A DNA stretch of 64,000 nt from Nitrososphaeraceae archaeon (GCA_035250975.1 DATFEP010000067.1:32001-96000); one strand, 5' to 3'; positions 20,103 to 31,370 are shown, counted from the stretch's first letter. Translations and numbers: made by a program. Notes: generated from the letters alone by a model not told the origin.

Positions 20103-20768
20103 TCATTTTTTTTCATCTTCAGAGAGAGTCCAAGGAAACCATTTCCCAATAATCCTTCCCCAATCTATTTTCAAGTATAGATAAATTATTACTACTAATA
20201 CTATGATACTCAGTCCTATTCCAAGATAAAGATAAATAGGATCGGTATTTCCGGAAGTAAGAGAATCAACAACAGGACGACCTAGGAAAACGCTACCAAA
20301 AACAATTATTTCATTTAAAATAAATTTTCCTGAGAATGTAGATATGGCAAATTTCCATGGACTATACTTTGCTAAACCAAGTGGAATATATACCAAGTCG
20401 TCAGGTATTGGAGTCATTGCTGCTATAAACGCCCCAGGCCATCCATATTTGGATACTAATCTTTGCAGGGGCAACATCCTCTTCTTAGTTTTGGTACTCA
20501 AAATACGTCGTCCGTAATAACTTGCATAAAAAATAATCAATTTAGCTATAACGGCACCTACAGCACTCGCAATAGATACAAGATGAGGATCTAATTGTTT
20601 ATCGATTCCTGCCGTAAACAAAACAGGAAAATAAGGAACTGGTATAAATACAACTATACTTGCCAGAAAACTTATTATCAGGATTCCTAAATATCTTCCT
20701 GTGTTACCATATTCTTCTACGTATCCAAAATCTTGAAAGAATGAAAGCAGATCATTAGTATTTTCCAA
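20103..20768 (-). CDS. DedA/VTT (SNARE-associated) family membrane protein
   Basis: IPVPY, AMTPIPDD..YIPLG, GK motif and TM helices. Confidence 0.82.
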   Translation of the reverse strand: MENTNDLLSFFQDFGYVEEYGNTGRYLGILIISFLASIVVFIPVPYFPVLFTAGIDKQLDPHLVSIASAVGAVIAKLIIFYASYYGRRILSTKTKKRMLPLQRLVSKYGWPGAFIAAMTPIPDDLVYIPLGLAKYSPWKFAISTFSGKFILNEIIVFGSVFLGRPVVDSLTSGNTDPIYLYLGIGLSIIVLVVIIYLYLKIDWGRIIGKWFPWTLSEDEKK

Positions 20769-20898
20769 ATATCGTTACTCCTTTTCCTTGTATTTAATCG
20801 ATATTTAAGTGAATAATGTGATCAATAAAATTCCTTATAGATTTGATTATGATATTATTATCATATATTATTTTAATAAAAGTAAATATGTGTCTCAT

Positions 20899-22356
20899 TT
20901 AGTAGGATTTTGCAAAAATAACAACATGTTTTGAGGTCTTTTTACAGAATATACAAAGAGCATTTTCGTCTTTTTCCTTTGAATCAAAAGGAATTATCCT
21001 GATATCTGCACCGGTATCGTTTTTTATCTTATTTTCGCAATCTTCATTTCCACACCAAGTGGATAATATAAAACCGCTATTCTTATCTAATTTATCTCTC
21101 ATGTCATCGTAACTTGAAACTCTATGGAAATTATTCAGCTGAAACTGCAACGCCTTATCATACAATGCTTTTTGAATATCAGATAGAATAGTAGTAAGAA
21201 TTCTTATTAAGTCCTTTTTTCTTTCAATAATTAATTTCTCTTTTGTATCTCTTCTGACAAGTTCTAACTTTTCGTTATTTATATCCCTTGAACCTAGATT
21301 AATTCTAAGAGGTATCCCCTTTATTTCCCAATCATTGAACTTCCATCCCGAAGTATATTCATCTCTTGCATCCAGGTAACTTTTCAATCCTCCAGATACC
21401 AATTCCTTTTGCAAATTTTTTGATTCTTCAATTACAAAGTCTTTATTGTTATTTTTATAAATTGGTACGATAACTATCTGAATAGGTGCAATATTTGGAG
21501 GTAAAATTAAGCCTTTGTCATCTCCATGAACCATTATTAATGCGCCTATTAATCTCCAGGACATTCCCCAAGAAGTTTGCCATGCAAAATATTGCTTGGA
21601 ATCCTTTCCAAGAAATCTAATCTCGAATGGTTTCGAGAAATTTTGTCCTAGATTGTGAGATGTCGCCATTTGTAAGGCCTTGCCATCAGGCATTATTGAT
21701 TCGAGGCTGGTAGTATACGAAGCCCCAACGAATTTCTCTTTTTCAGTCTTTAAACCTTTGACTGTCGGGATAGCAAGATAATTTTCTATTAATTCTTGGT
21801 AATATCCTAAAATTAGTAAAACTTCATTTTCGGCATCGGTACTAGTTTCATGGACAGTATGTCCCTCTTGCCAAAGAAATTCAGAATTTCTTATGAAAGG
21901 TTTTGTAGATTTTATCTCCGCTCTCAGAGCAGAATTCCAAAAATTTATTTTTAAGGGCAGGTCACGATGACTCATTATCCATTTTGAAAAAATGTTATAA
22001 GCTAAAGTCTCTGAGGTTGGACGAACGGCTAATTTATCTGAAAGATTATTGTTCCCAGCCTTTGTAACCCAAAATACTTCTGGAGTAAATCCAGTAAAAT
22101 GGTCTTTCTCTTTAGAAAGAAGACTTTCTGGAATCAATATAGGTAAAAAACCATTTTCATGTCCAGATTCTTTTAGCTTCTTGTCAAGAATCTCTTTGAT
22201 ATTTTCCCAAATTCGATATCCATAAGGTCTAAGAATAATGAATCCCTTAACTGGAGAATAATCAACTAACCCGGATTTGGTAACCGCTTGTGTGTACCAT
22301 TCAGAAAAATTATCATTTTTTTTTACAGTTATTCCGATTTCCTTATAATCTGACAA
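20899..22356 (-). CDS. proS: proline--tRNA ligase
   Basis: FSEWY, RPTSET, EFLWQEGHT, HGDDKGL, C-terminal FAKSY. Confidence 0.97.
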   Translation of the reverse strand: MSDYKEIGITVKKNDNFSEWYTQAVTKSGLVDYSPVKGFIILRPYGYRIWENIKEILDKKLKESGHENGFLPILIPESLLSKEKDHFTGFTPEVFWVTKAGNNNLSDKLAVRPTSETLAYNIFSKWIMSHRDLPLKINFWNSALRAEIKSTKPFIRNSEFLWQEGHTVHETSTDAENEVLLILGYYQELIENYLAIPTVKGLKTEKEKFVGASYTTSLESIMPDGKALQMATSHNLGQNFSKPFEIRFLGKDSKQYFAWQTSWGMSWRLIGALIMVHGDDKGLILPPNIAPIQIVIVPIYKNNNKDFVIEESKNLQKELVSGGLKSYLDARDEYTSGWKFNDWEIKGIPLRINLGSRDINNEKLELVRRDTKEKLIIERKKDLIRILTTILSDIQKALYDKALQFQLNNFHRVSSYDDMRDKLDKNSGFILSTWCGNEDCENKIKNDTGADIRIIPFDSKEKDENALCIFCKKTSKHVVIFAKSY

Positions 22357-22401
22357 ACATTCATTCCTCTTTTAAAGAGCTTCCAATAATCATTTTAAAA
22401 A

Positions 22402-22713
22402 TTAAAGTGGTTCTCCACGGCAGTATACCTTCCCAGATATCCTACTATTGAAATTTTTACAAACATAACATGGTATAAAAGGCACTTCTTTTTGCAATAC
22501 CGGACAATCAACTGATTCCATTTTCATCCTTTTAAGCATTTTTGGACTAACTCCCTTTAATTTTAGTTTACCTTTGTCATCCATCATACCAATTCCCTTT
22601 AATTCATTTTTAACGTCATCAGTTAATCTAGAACTTTTTTCCGATAATTTTATAGGTACTATGAATTTTGTTTCAGTATCGACATTATTGTTAGAATTTG
22701 AATCTTCCATCAA
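22402..22713 (-). CDS. small Cys-rich hypothetical protein
   Basis: CPV...CYVC...C, a putative metal-binding C-terminus. Confidence 0.7.
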   Translation of the reverse strand: MMEDSNSNNNVDTETKFIVPIKLSEKSSRLTDDVKNELKGIGMMDDKGKLKLKGVSPKMLKRMKMESVDCPVLQKEVPFIPCYVCKNFNSRISGKVYCRGEPL

Positions 22714-22820
22714 AATATTTTTCCTTCAATAGAATATATTTGATTTCCTCATCAAAATTGTTTATGAAAAAAATAGAATTACTTTTTATATTATAACTGC
22801 TTTAAAACACTATTAACGAA

Positions 22821-24017
22821 TTGAATTCAGACCTGATACCGTGTAACAATAGTATTGTATCTGAAATTCTTCGAAAGTGTTTTGAAAAAAAAACTCTATC
22901 AAAAGATGAAATTCTTTTATTATTAGAATCAAAAGAAGATCGTTCTTTATTCCATGTTGCTTCCTTTCTGAAGGAAATTTATAAAAAAAAGACGATAACC
23001 TACTCAAGAAAAATTTTCATCAACATCACAAATTTATGTAAGGATTTTTGTTCCTATTGTACTTACAGGAAAGATCCTTATAATCAACAAGCAGTCATGA
23101 TGTATCCAAATGAAATATTGGAATTGGCAGAGAAAGGAAAAAAATGCAAGTGTACTGAAGCTTTGATAGTTTCAGGAGAAAGACCAGAAGAGCGGTATAA
23201 AGAAGCAAAAGATTGGTTGAGATCATTAAATTTTAAGTCTACTGCTGAATATGTTAGCAACATTTCAGAAAAAATAACTAAAAAAACCGGATTGCTTCCA
23301 CATTCTAATTTGGGAAATGTATCCAGAGATGAGATGAAAATGTTAAAAGATTATAATGTTAGTTTGGGATTAATGTTGGAGTCTTCAACCTATAGATTAA
23401 GAGGGAAAGGGATGGCTCATGAATACGCACCAAGCAAGGATCCAGGAATCAGGTTAGAAACAATTGAAAATGCAGGTATATTAAAAATTCCTTTGACTAC
23501 AGGGATATTGATAGGTATAGGAGAGAATATTGAGGAAATAATAGACTCGATTTTGTTAATTGGAAATATTAATTCAAAATTTGGTCACATTCAGGAAATT
23601 ATCCTTCAAAACTTTAGGCCAAAAACTAATACGAAAATGCATAATATGCCCCCTCCAGAAGATAATCTTTTTTTGAGATTGGTTGCAATATCACGAATAT
23701 TATTGCCTACAATGAATATACAAATTCCACCTAATTTATCTCCATTAAACTATAACTCGTTTATTGATGCTGGAATTAATGATTGGGGAGGTATTTCACC
23801 TGTTACTGTTGACCACGTAAATCCAGAATTTGCTTGGCCTGATATTAAAGACATAAAAAAAAATACTCAATCAAAGAACCAAATTTTGAGAGCTAGATTA
23901 CCTATTTATCCCGAATTTATAAAAAAAGAATTCATTAATCCAACTCTAGAAAATTATATAGATAATCTAATGGATGAAGAGGGATTAGTAAAAGAGGATT
24001 ATTTAAATGAATTTTGA
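22821..24017 (+). CDS. cofG: FO synthase subunit CofG (radical SAM)
   Basis: ITYSR, C-x3-C-x2-C, TTGILIGIGE, QIPPNL, NDWGGISP. Confidence 0.93.
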   Translation: MNSDLIPCNNSIVSEILRKCFEKKTLSKDEILLLLESKEDRSLFHVASFLKEIYKKKTITYSRKIFINITNLCKDFCSYCTYRKDPYNQQAVMMYPNEILELAEKGKKCKCTEALIVSGERPEERYKEAKDWLRSLNFKSTAEYVSNISEKITKKTGLLPHSNLGNVSRDEMKMLKDYNVSLGLMLESSTYRLRGKGMAHEYAPSKDPGIRLETIENAGILKIPLTTGILIGIGENIEEIIDSILLIGNINSKFGHIQEIILQNFRPKTNTKMHNMPPPEDNLFLRLVAISRILLPTMNIQIPPNLSPLNYNSFIDAGINDWGGISPVTVDHVNPEFAWPDIKDIKKNTQSKNQILRARLPIYPEFIKKEFINPTLENYIDNLMDEEGLVKEDYLNEF

Positions 24018-25251
24018 AAGTATTCAAAAATACATTGACCCAGTAATTTCAGAAATTTTAGACAAAGCATTGGACAATAAAGAAATTACTATTTCTGAAG
24101 TACTAGAATTACTCGATTGTAAGGGAATGGAAATGAATATGTTAATTGCTGTTGCAAATTATCTTCGTAAAAATAAAAATGGCGATGTGGTTACATATGT
24201 TTTGAACAGAAATATTAATTTCACTAACGTTTGCATCAAAAGATGTGGATTCTGTGCTTTTAGTAGAGATTTTAGACAAGAAGAAGGATATTTTTTACCA
24301 ACTGAAGAAGTTATTAGGAGATCAAAAGAAGCATATCAATACGGAGCAACAGAAGTTTGCATACAAGCTGGACTACCTCCCAAGATGGATGGAAATCTAT
24401 ACGTGGAATTATGTAAATCAATTAAAAAAGAAATCCCCAATATTCATATTCATGCTTTTTCACCAGAGGAGATAATGTATGGAGCTCATCGTTCAAATAT
24501 TTCAGTAAAAGAATATCTAAGTAGGCTAAAAGACGCAGGACTAGATAGCATTCCAGGAACAGCTGCAGAAATACTTGACCAAGAGATTAGAAATATTATT
24601 TCACCTGGAAGAATTTCTGTAAAAGACTGGATTGATACAATAAAAACAGCCCACTCCATTGGAATCCCATCCACCTCGACAATTATGTATGGGCATATTG
24701 AATCTCACAAACACATAGCAGAACATTTGCAACTAATAAAAAACATACAAAAGGAAACTAGAGGGTTTACGGAATTTGTTCCCTTAAGCTTTGTTCATAC
24801 TGAAGCACCAATGTTTAACAAGAATTTAATAGACAATATAAAACCGGGTCCAGATGGAGCGTATGTATTGAAAGTGCATGCTGTATCGAGAATTTTCCTT
24901 AATAACTATATAAATAACATACAGGTTTCTTGGGTAAAGGAAGGTCCTAGGATGAGTCAAATCTTGTTAGATGCAGGAGTGAACGATTTTGGTGGAACAT
25001 TGATAAATGAAAGTATTTCTACATCCGCTGGTGCAAATAATGGACAAATATTAAAACCAAAGAATATCAGAAAAATAATTCACAGTGCTGGAAAAATTCC
25101 AGCACAGAGAACTTCAAGATATAAAATCATTAAAAAATTCTGTGAAGAAGACTATGATGACGAAGAGCTATTGGATAAGGTTGACGCCGAATCGTTTGGA
25201 TCATACCAAGAATTAATTAAATTAGATAAGTTCAGATTCAGGAAAGAGTAG
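24007..25251 (+). CDS. cofH: FO synthase subunit CofH (radical SAM)
   Basis: NRNINFTNVC...CGFCAF, PGTAAEIL, NIQVSWVKEG, NDFGGTL. Confidence 0.93.
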   Translation: MNFESIQKYIDPVISEILDKALDNKEITISEVLELLDCKGMEMNMLIAVANYLRKNKNGDVVTYVLNRNINFTNVCIKRCGFCAFSRDFRQEEGYFLPTEEVIRRSKEAYQYGATEVCIQAGLPPKMDGNLYVELCKSIKKEIPNIHIHAFSPEEIMYGAHRSNISVKEYLSRLKDAGLDSIPGTAAEILDQEIRNIISPGRISVKDWIDTIKTAHSIGIPSTSTIMYGHIESHKHIAEHLQLIKNIQKETRGFTEFVPLSFVHTEAPMFNKNLIDNIKPGPDGAYVLKVHAVSRIFLNNYINNIQVSWVKEGPRMSQILLDAGVNDFGGTLINESISTSAGANNGQILKPKNIRKIIHSAGKIPAQRTSRYKIIKKFCEEDYDDEELLDKVDAESFGSYQELIKLDKFRFRKE

Positions 25252-25386
25252 TTAAACCTCTTAAAACTAAACTAGAAAATTTATATATATCGATCTACTA
25301 ATAGCATTTTCATTTCAAGTGCAAACATCATATTTCTAAAATAAGAATTGGTAAGATTTATCAATAGTAATAGATTTTCATAAATT

Positions 25387-27081
25387 TTGTATAAATATAT
25401 GAATAATTCTCTAAAAAATTCTTTCAAATGGAAAACATTGCAACATAATGGAGTTGCTTTTCCTCCAGATTATTCCTACAAGGCAATAAAAATTGGGATA
25501 AAAAATGATCAATTTCAATTAAATAAAGACCAAGAAGAATTGATATATGCTTGGGCAAAAAAGAAAGATTCTCATTATATTCGAGATAACGTATTTCAAA
25601 AAAACTTCTTAAAAGATCTTAAAAAATTATTACCTAATAGATTTCAATACATAAAAAATATTAGCGATATTGATTTTTCTGAGGCTTTCGGACTAGTCGA
25701 TGAAGAACAAAGAACAAAATATCTAGAGAAGGAAAAAATCAAATCATTACCTATAGAAGAGAAAAAAAAATTATCAGCAGAAAAGAAAAGACAAAAAGAG
25801 TTGTTGAAAAAAACATATGGCATAGCAATAATAGATGGAGTTGAAGTGGAGGTCGCAAACTGGTTAGTTGAACCACCGGGATTGTTTATGGGAAGAGGAT
25901 TACACCCTCTAAGAGGACGATGGAAACCAAGAATACGACCCCAGGATGTAATATTGAACTTGGATGAAAATTCTCCTGTTCCCGAGGGAGCATGGAAGAA
26001 AGTTGTACATGACCATACCTCTACATGGCTTGCAACATGGACGGAAACATTAACTAGTAAGAGAAAGTATGTTTGGTTACACGATTCTGCATTATTAAGA
26101 CAAGATAAAGATAGAGAAAAATATGAGAAAGCAAAAAATCTAGAAAAACATGTAGAGAAAATTGAAAAGGATATAATAAATAAAATGATTAACGAAAAAG
26201 ATCTTAATCAAAAAAAAATTGCAACAGTTTGTTATCTCATATTAAAATTAGCTATGAGAGTTGGCGACGAAAAAGATACTGATGAAACTGATACTGTAGG
26301 AGCATCAACTTTAAGAGTAGAACATATTAAATTTCCTGAAACAGATGATGGAAGAAAATTCATACAATTTAATTTTCTTGGCAAAGATAGCGTACCATGG
26401 CAAAAAACCATTGAAATAAGTTCCGTAGACACAAACACATTATATGAAAATCTACGATTTTTTATGATAAATAAACAGAAGGATAGTGAAATTTTCGACA
26501 ATATAAACTCTGCAAAGGTGAATTCTTTCTTAAGGAATATTGATCCTAAAAATGTTCCCGGATTGACCGCAAAAGTATTTAGAACATATTTAGCAACAAA
26601 AATTGTTAAAGATGCATTAAAATCGCCACCTATACAAGTGAGTAAAAATTCATCTGAAATCAAAAAAATCTATATCTCAAAAATCGCAAATTTAAGCGCA
26701 GCTATAGAATGTAATCACAAAAAAGGAATTGATCCTAATAATCCAGCAAGTAAGAAGGCGATCGAAAGATTAGAGGAATCATTGGAAAAAAAGAAGCAGA
26801 CAATTATGAATCTAAGAAATGATATCAATTTAAAAAAATGGAAAACAGAAAAGCAAAAAGAAAAGTTAGAATCCAGAATTGAAAAAATAACATATCAATT
26901 AAAACTGCAGAAGGAAACGCGTGACTACAATCTTGGAACATCATTGAGAAATTATATTGATCCAAGAGTGATGAAGTGGTGGATGGATAGCGTAGGTCTA
27001 GATTGGAAGAAAGTATACACAACAACCCTCCAAAGAAAATTTAAATGGATAGAAACATCTGAAATATCAAAGGATGTCTAA
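25387..27081 (+). CDS. DNA topoisomerase IB (eukaryote-like, thaumarchaeal)
   Basis: KWKTLQHNG, EPPGLFMGRG.HP.RG, MRVGDEKD, FLGKDS, LTAKVFRTY, CNH, catalytic NYIDPR. Confidence 0.95.
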   Translation: MYKYMNNSLKNSFKWKTLQHNGVAFPPDYSYKAIKIGIKNDQFQLNKDQEELIYAWAKKKDSHYIRDNVFQKNFLKDLKKLLPNRFQYIKNISDIDFSEAFGLVDEEQRTKYLEKEKIKSLPIEEKKKLSAEKKRQKELLKKTYGIAIIDGVEVEVANWLVEPPGLFMGRGLHPLRGRWKPRIRPQDVILNLDENSPVPEGAWKKVVHDHTSTWLATWTETLTSKRKYVWLHDSALLRQDKDREKYEKAKNLEKHVEKIEKDIINKMINEKDLNQKKIATVCYLILKLAMRVGDEKDTDETDTVGASTLRVEHIKFPETDDGRKFIQFNFLGKDSVPWQKTIEISSVDTNTLYENLRFFMINKQKDSEIFDNINSAKVNSFLRNIDPKNVPGLTAKVFRTYLATKIVKDALKSPPIQVSKNSSEIKKIYISKIANLSAAIECNHKKGIDPNNPASKKAIERLEESLEKKKQTIMNLRNDINLKKWKTEKQKEKLESRIEKITYQLKLQKETRDYNLGTSLRNYIDPRVMKWWMDSVGLDWKKVYTTTLQRKFKWIETSEISKDV

Positions 27082-27649
27082 TCTTATTCCATGATAGAAT
27101 TGATTATGCAAAGTTAAAATATATCTCTAGCACTGTTTTTCATTTATTATATTATTTTGTATTTGGTTATCACAACCGCCTTCTAAGAAATACAACAAAT
27201 GGAATAATATTTGTTACAAAGTTCAATTTTCATAAAACAATAATCGATAATTTAGAGAATTAGAAAAACAGAATAAGAAAAATCCCAGAAATCGCTAATT
27301 ATAATGTTCTTATAATAAAGTAATAATACAAGCAAGGGTGGATATCATTAAATAATACTTTAAAAAACTATATTCTTATAATTCTCAAAAATTAGCCAAT
27401 AGATCTCGAAATATTAGCTTTAGGTATGCCACACAAATTGCCACATTAAGCCAAACAATATCATAAATAAAAATAACAAGGAAGATAAGAAGATTGTTTA
27501 AAATCTTATATATTATTTTATAAGAATTTATATCTACTAACAGATTTATAAAAAAAATCGCGAGAATTATCGTCATAAATGACGCGGATTTTAATATGAA
27601 TAGAATATATATTACAAAAATTAAAATTTTCTTGAACGCTTCTGAGTTT

Positions 27650-27724
27650 GCCGGAGTGGCTCAGCTTGGTTAGAGCGTTCGACTCATAATCGAAAGGTCG
27701 CGGGCTCGAATCCCGTCTCCGGCA
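27650..27724 (+). tRNA. tRNA-Met(CAT), probably elongator; T-loop CTCGAAT
   Basis: GCCGGAG/CTCCGGC-A acceptor, TTCGA-CTCATAA-TCGAA anticodon arm, followed by a T-tract. Confidence 0.93.
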
Positions 27725-27935
27725 TTTTTTTAAAAAATGATATAATTGAAAAATCTCTTAAGACTAAAGAATTACAAATATTAAATACAGAAATAAAGAT
27801 AAATTGAATTATAACACTATTTGCAAAAGGACAATAGATCTGAGTCAGATTTATTGATTCTTTCTTTGAAACTTCTACAAATTTAAATCACTATTAACTA
27901 TTTATTATTTATCAATATCACCAAATAGAGAATAC

Positions 27936-28613
27936 ATGAGTGAAACAGCCAATCTTAGAACAAGTAAATTTTTGATCGTACTTATCTCTTTTATAGGCTT
28001 GACTTTTTTTGTTCATGGCGGAATAACTAATAACGTTGATAATTTAATAACCAAGATTTTTTACAATATTGGGGGACTCCATAATACCATTGATGTAATT
28101 GTAATCATCATTTCATCTCTTGGAGATCTTTTTTTAATGGTAATAGTAGGATTAATTTTAACAATAATTAGAAGAACAAGGAGAATCGGACTGCTTGTAT
28201 TGATTTCAATTGTTATCCTTTCAGTTTCAACGATGTATATTAAACCGCTTGTAGGGAGATCTGCACCATTGGAACAATACATACCTAAATTTCATGTTCC
28301 TGATAAATATACTATCGAAAAAGACAGCATGATGCCAATTTCTAGAGACCTTTCATTTCCGTCGAATCACGCAGCTCGTGCTACTGCCTTTATAATAATA
28401 ATAGGTTTCTGGTTCAATGTTCAAGAAAAGAGAAATATAGTTGCAAGAATATTATGGATATTTCCTCTATCGATAGGATTCACGAGATTATACTTGCTTC
28501 AAAACTATTTATTTGATATAGTCGGGGGTTCGCTTTATGGGATAATAGTTGGATTAGTACTATGTAGATTAATAAAACTAAACAGAATGTCAGAGATGAA
28601 TAAATTTAATTAG
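27936..28613 (+). CDS. PAP2 family membrane phosphatase
   Basis: K....R..P, SFPSNH, TRLYL..NY..D (the final His is replaced by Asn). Confidence 0.8.
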   Translation: MSETANLRTSKFLIVLISFIGLTFFVHGGITNNVDNLITKIFYNIGGLHNTIDVIVIIISSLGDLFLMVIVGLILTIIRRTRRIGLLVLISIVILSVSTMYIKPLVGRSAPLEQYIPKFHVPDKYTIEKDSMMPISRDLSFPSNHAARATAFIIIIGFWFNVQEKRNIVARILWIFPLSIGFTRLYLLQNYLFDIVGGSLYGIIVGLVLCRLIKLNRMSEMNKFN

Positions 28614-28658
28614 AATTTTTTATCTAGTTTTTTTTATTACTTGCATTCTTTCATGAAT

Positions 28659-29000
28659 TTATTCAGAATTCATGTGTTTCTCGTATATTTCAGAATTTAG
28701 TAATAACCATCCATAATGTTGTGGGTCGTGGATGTATTTTATATCTCTTAATATTACCTTGATCTTTCTCTTTCTCAATTCATCCAAAAAATATAATTGA
28801 ATGTTCAATCCGATTTTTTTTGAATAACTATTATTTTTTTCATTACGAGGGATGAGGATTCGGTAACTGAATTTATGTTCCTTTGCAAGTAAAATATAAT
28901 CTTCCACCATGCTTTCAGTAATTTTATTTATATCTTCTTCATGAGACATCTCCACTGTTTTATAAACAGGGAAATTTCTAAAAAACAAGGAGTCATTCAT
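28659..29000 (-). CDS. hypothetical protein
   Basis: 113 aa ORF downstream of sufU. Confidence 0.6.
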   Translation of the reverse strand: MNDSLFFRNFPVYKTVEMSHEEDINKITESMVEDYILLAKEHKFSYRILIPRNEKNNSYSKKIGLNIQLYFLDELRKRKIKVILRDIKYIHDPQHYGWLLLNSEIYEKHMNSE

Positions 29001-29048
29001 AAATCGAAAATAGATATCATTTTTATTTGATATACTTTTATTTAGAAA

Positions 29049-29477
29049 TTAATAAAGATCTGAATCTTTCTCCAGTTTTTGAGCTGTGTTTGGTTCTTTG
29101 TCTTCATAGTATTTGACCATGCCCATCTTTAAAACCTTTAATGACAATAACGCGCATTTTATCCTAGCTGGACCCAAATTTGTTAGACCAATATTTTCTA
29201 AAATATCATCTTTCGAGATATCTTTTGCATTAGTTAAAGGTTTGTTAATAATCATCTCAGTCAGCATAGAAGCACTTGCTTGACTAATTGCACATCCTCT
29301 CCCATCGAATTTTATATCTTCAATATTTCCATCTTTAACCTTGAGATAAATATCAATTTGATCTCCACATAAAGGATTACTGTCGTGGATTACAACGTCA
29401 GCGTTTTCTAGTTTTCCTTTATTTCGAGGATTTCTATAATGATCTAATATAATTTCACGATAAATATCGTCACTCAA
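29049..29477 (-). CDS. sufU: SufU/IscU-type Fe-S scaffold or sulfur-transfer protein
   Basis: ILDHYRNPRN, NPLCGD, GCAISQASAS, RIKCALL. Confidence 0.92.
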   Translation of the reverse strand: MSDDIYREIILDHYRNPRNKGKLENADVVIHDSNPLCGDQIDIYLKVKDGNIEDIKFDGRGCAISQASASMLTEMIINKPLTNAKDISKDDILENIGLTNLGPARIKCALLSLKVLKMGMVKYYEDKEPNTAQKLEKDSDLY

Positions 29478-30715
29478 AGTCGAAACAACTTTATAGCTTT
29501 GTCTAAAGCATTAATAAATATATTGATTTCCTCCCGAGTGTTATAAATGTAGAAACTGGCTCTTGATGTAGCAGACACGTCTAATTTTTCCATCAATATT
29601 TGCGCACAATGGTGTCCGGATCTAATTGCAATGCCATGATCGTTCAGGATAGTTGCAAGGTCGTGTGGATGAATATCACCCAAATTAAAAGATATAATGC
29701 CACCCCTACTTGAAAGATTAGGATCACCATATAATTTTATTCCCTTCAAACTTGACAGACACTCGAGAGCATACCTTGTCAGCTCTAATTCATGTCTACG
29801 AATATTATCCATACCAATCTTGTTCAAATAATCCAGAGCATGACTAAACCCTATTACATCTGCGATATTTGGAGTACCACCCTCATATTTATAGGGTAAA
29901 TCATTATACGTAGTTTCATATTTATGAACTTCCCTAATCATATCTCCGCCGCCTATGAAAGGATTCATGCATTCAAGAATCTCTTTTTTGGCATAAAGGA
30001 CACCGACTCCAGTTGGTCCAAGCATTTTGTGTCCTGAGAAAGCAAGAAATTCACAATCTAAATCTGTAACATCAGTTCTAATATGAGGAACAGACTGTGC
30101 CCCATCTACAAAAAATGGTATTCCAAATGAATGCGCATATTTTATCATCGACTCTATCGGTATTATGTTTCCTAACGCATTAGACATATGACTTAAAGAA
30201 ATTAATTTTACGTTATTCTGTTGAATATATGATTCCAGTTTACTTAAATCTAAATTTCCGTTGTTATCTACATTCAAGTATTCGATTTTTGCTTTTTTTT
30301 CCTTACACAACATTTGCCATGGAACTATATTACTATGATGTTCCAACTCTGATAGAATTATCGTATCACCTTTTCCGATAGCTTTTCGGCCCCAAGAATA
30401 AGCAACAAGGTTTATAGCTTCGGTGGCATTTCTCGTAAAAATTATTTCCTCACGTGAATGTGCGTTGATAAATTTACAAACTTTATCCCTGGTCATCTCA
30501 TATGATTCGGTAGCTTCTTCCGCAATCTGGTAGACTGCCCTATGAATATTAGCATTGTAGCTAGCATAATAATCAGAGATTGCATTGATTACAGAAAAAG
30601 GTTTCTGGGTAGTTGCAGCGTTATCAAAGTACACTAATGGCTTCCCATTAATGGTACGGGACAGAATAGGAAAGTCTTTTCGAATCTCATTTACTTCTAA
30701 TTGGGATGTTTGCAT
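29474..30715 (-). CDS. sufS: cysteine desulfurase SufS
   Basis: DNAATTQKP, EHHSNIVPW, SGHKMLGPTG, RSGHHCA. Confidence 0.96.
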   Translation of the reverse strand: MQTSQLEVNEIRKDFPILSRTINGKPLVYFDNAATTQKPFSVINAISDYYASYNANIHRAVYQIAEEATESYEMTRDKVCKFINAHSREEIIFTRNATEAINLVAYSWGRKAIGKGDTIILSELEHHSNIVPWQMLCKEKKAKIEYLNVDNNGNLDLSKLESYIQQNNVKLISLSHMSNALGNIIPIESMIKYAHSFGIPFFVDGAQSVPHIRTDVTDLDCEFLAFSGHKMLGPTGVGVLYAKKEILECMNPFIGGGDMIREVHKYETTYNDLPYKYEGGTPNIADVIGFSHALDYLNKIGMDNIRRHELELTRYALECLSSLKGIKLYGDPNLSSRGGIISFNLGDIHPHDLATILNDHGIAIRSGHHCAQILMEKLDVSATSRASFYIYNTREEINIFINALDKAIKLFRL

Positions 30716-30863
30716 AATATATGAATATATAACAATTAATAAATATAAATTGATTGAAAAAAATTTTGAAAGAAATTATTTTTGATTTGCTAGAAAAAGT
30801 TTCGTAAGTATCAGTTAACAATACCTTTCAAGAATTTCAAAGACTGCTCCTTAAAATTCATTC

Positions 30864-31325
30864 TTATGATCTGGCTTTTGTTGACCAAAATGTCCCTCCT
30901 GAATTTCTCCAATTTAAGTAATCTTTGATAATTAATTTATGATCGAATGCGAAGTCAATATTATTGATATTATCTAATGGGATCCAGTGTAATTCTTTTG
31001 CATCATCCCCGGCGTTTGGCTCTCCTCCATGCATAATGGTAATGAAAACAACAGTTAAAATATGTCCTCTTGGATCTCGTTTAGGATTAGAATAAACTCC
31101 AAGAATTTCAATAGGATGAATTTCTAGAGATGTTTCTTCAAAAACTTCCCTTATTAACGCTTCTTCTACTGTTTCACCTTCATCAACAAATCCACCTGGA
31201 AGGGCAAAAGTATCCTTAAAAGGATCATTTTGTCTTTTAATCACCAATAAAAAAGATGATTTTTGAATTATGGCATCAACTGTTGGTCTAGGATTTCTAT
31301 ATTCTTTCATATGACTAAATATCAA
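30864..31325 (-). CDS. NUDIX hydrolase (ADP-ribose pyrophosphatase-like)
   Basis: ALPGGFV..GE....REVFEET, RDPRGH, AGDDA, AFDH. Confidence 0.9.
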   Translation of the reverse strand: MIFSHMKEYRNPRPTVDAIIQKSSFLLVIKRQNDPFKDTFALPGGFVDEGETVEEALIREVFEETSLEIHPIEILGVYSNPKRDPRGHILTVVFITIMHGGEPNAGDDAKELHWIPLDNINNIDFAFDHKLIIKDYLNWRNSGGTFWSTKARS

Positions 31326-31370
31326 GGATTATTTTAAAAATATTATATATAATAAGTGTGAAAGACCAGT

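Noticed and set aside
25387-27081. Eukaryote-like topoisomerase IB as a novelty
   Set aside because: It is an established hallmark of Thaumarchaeota.
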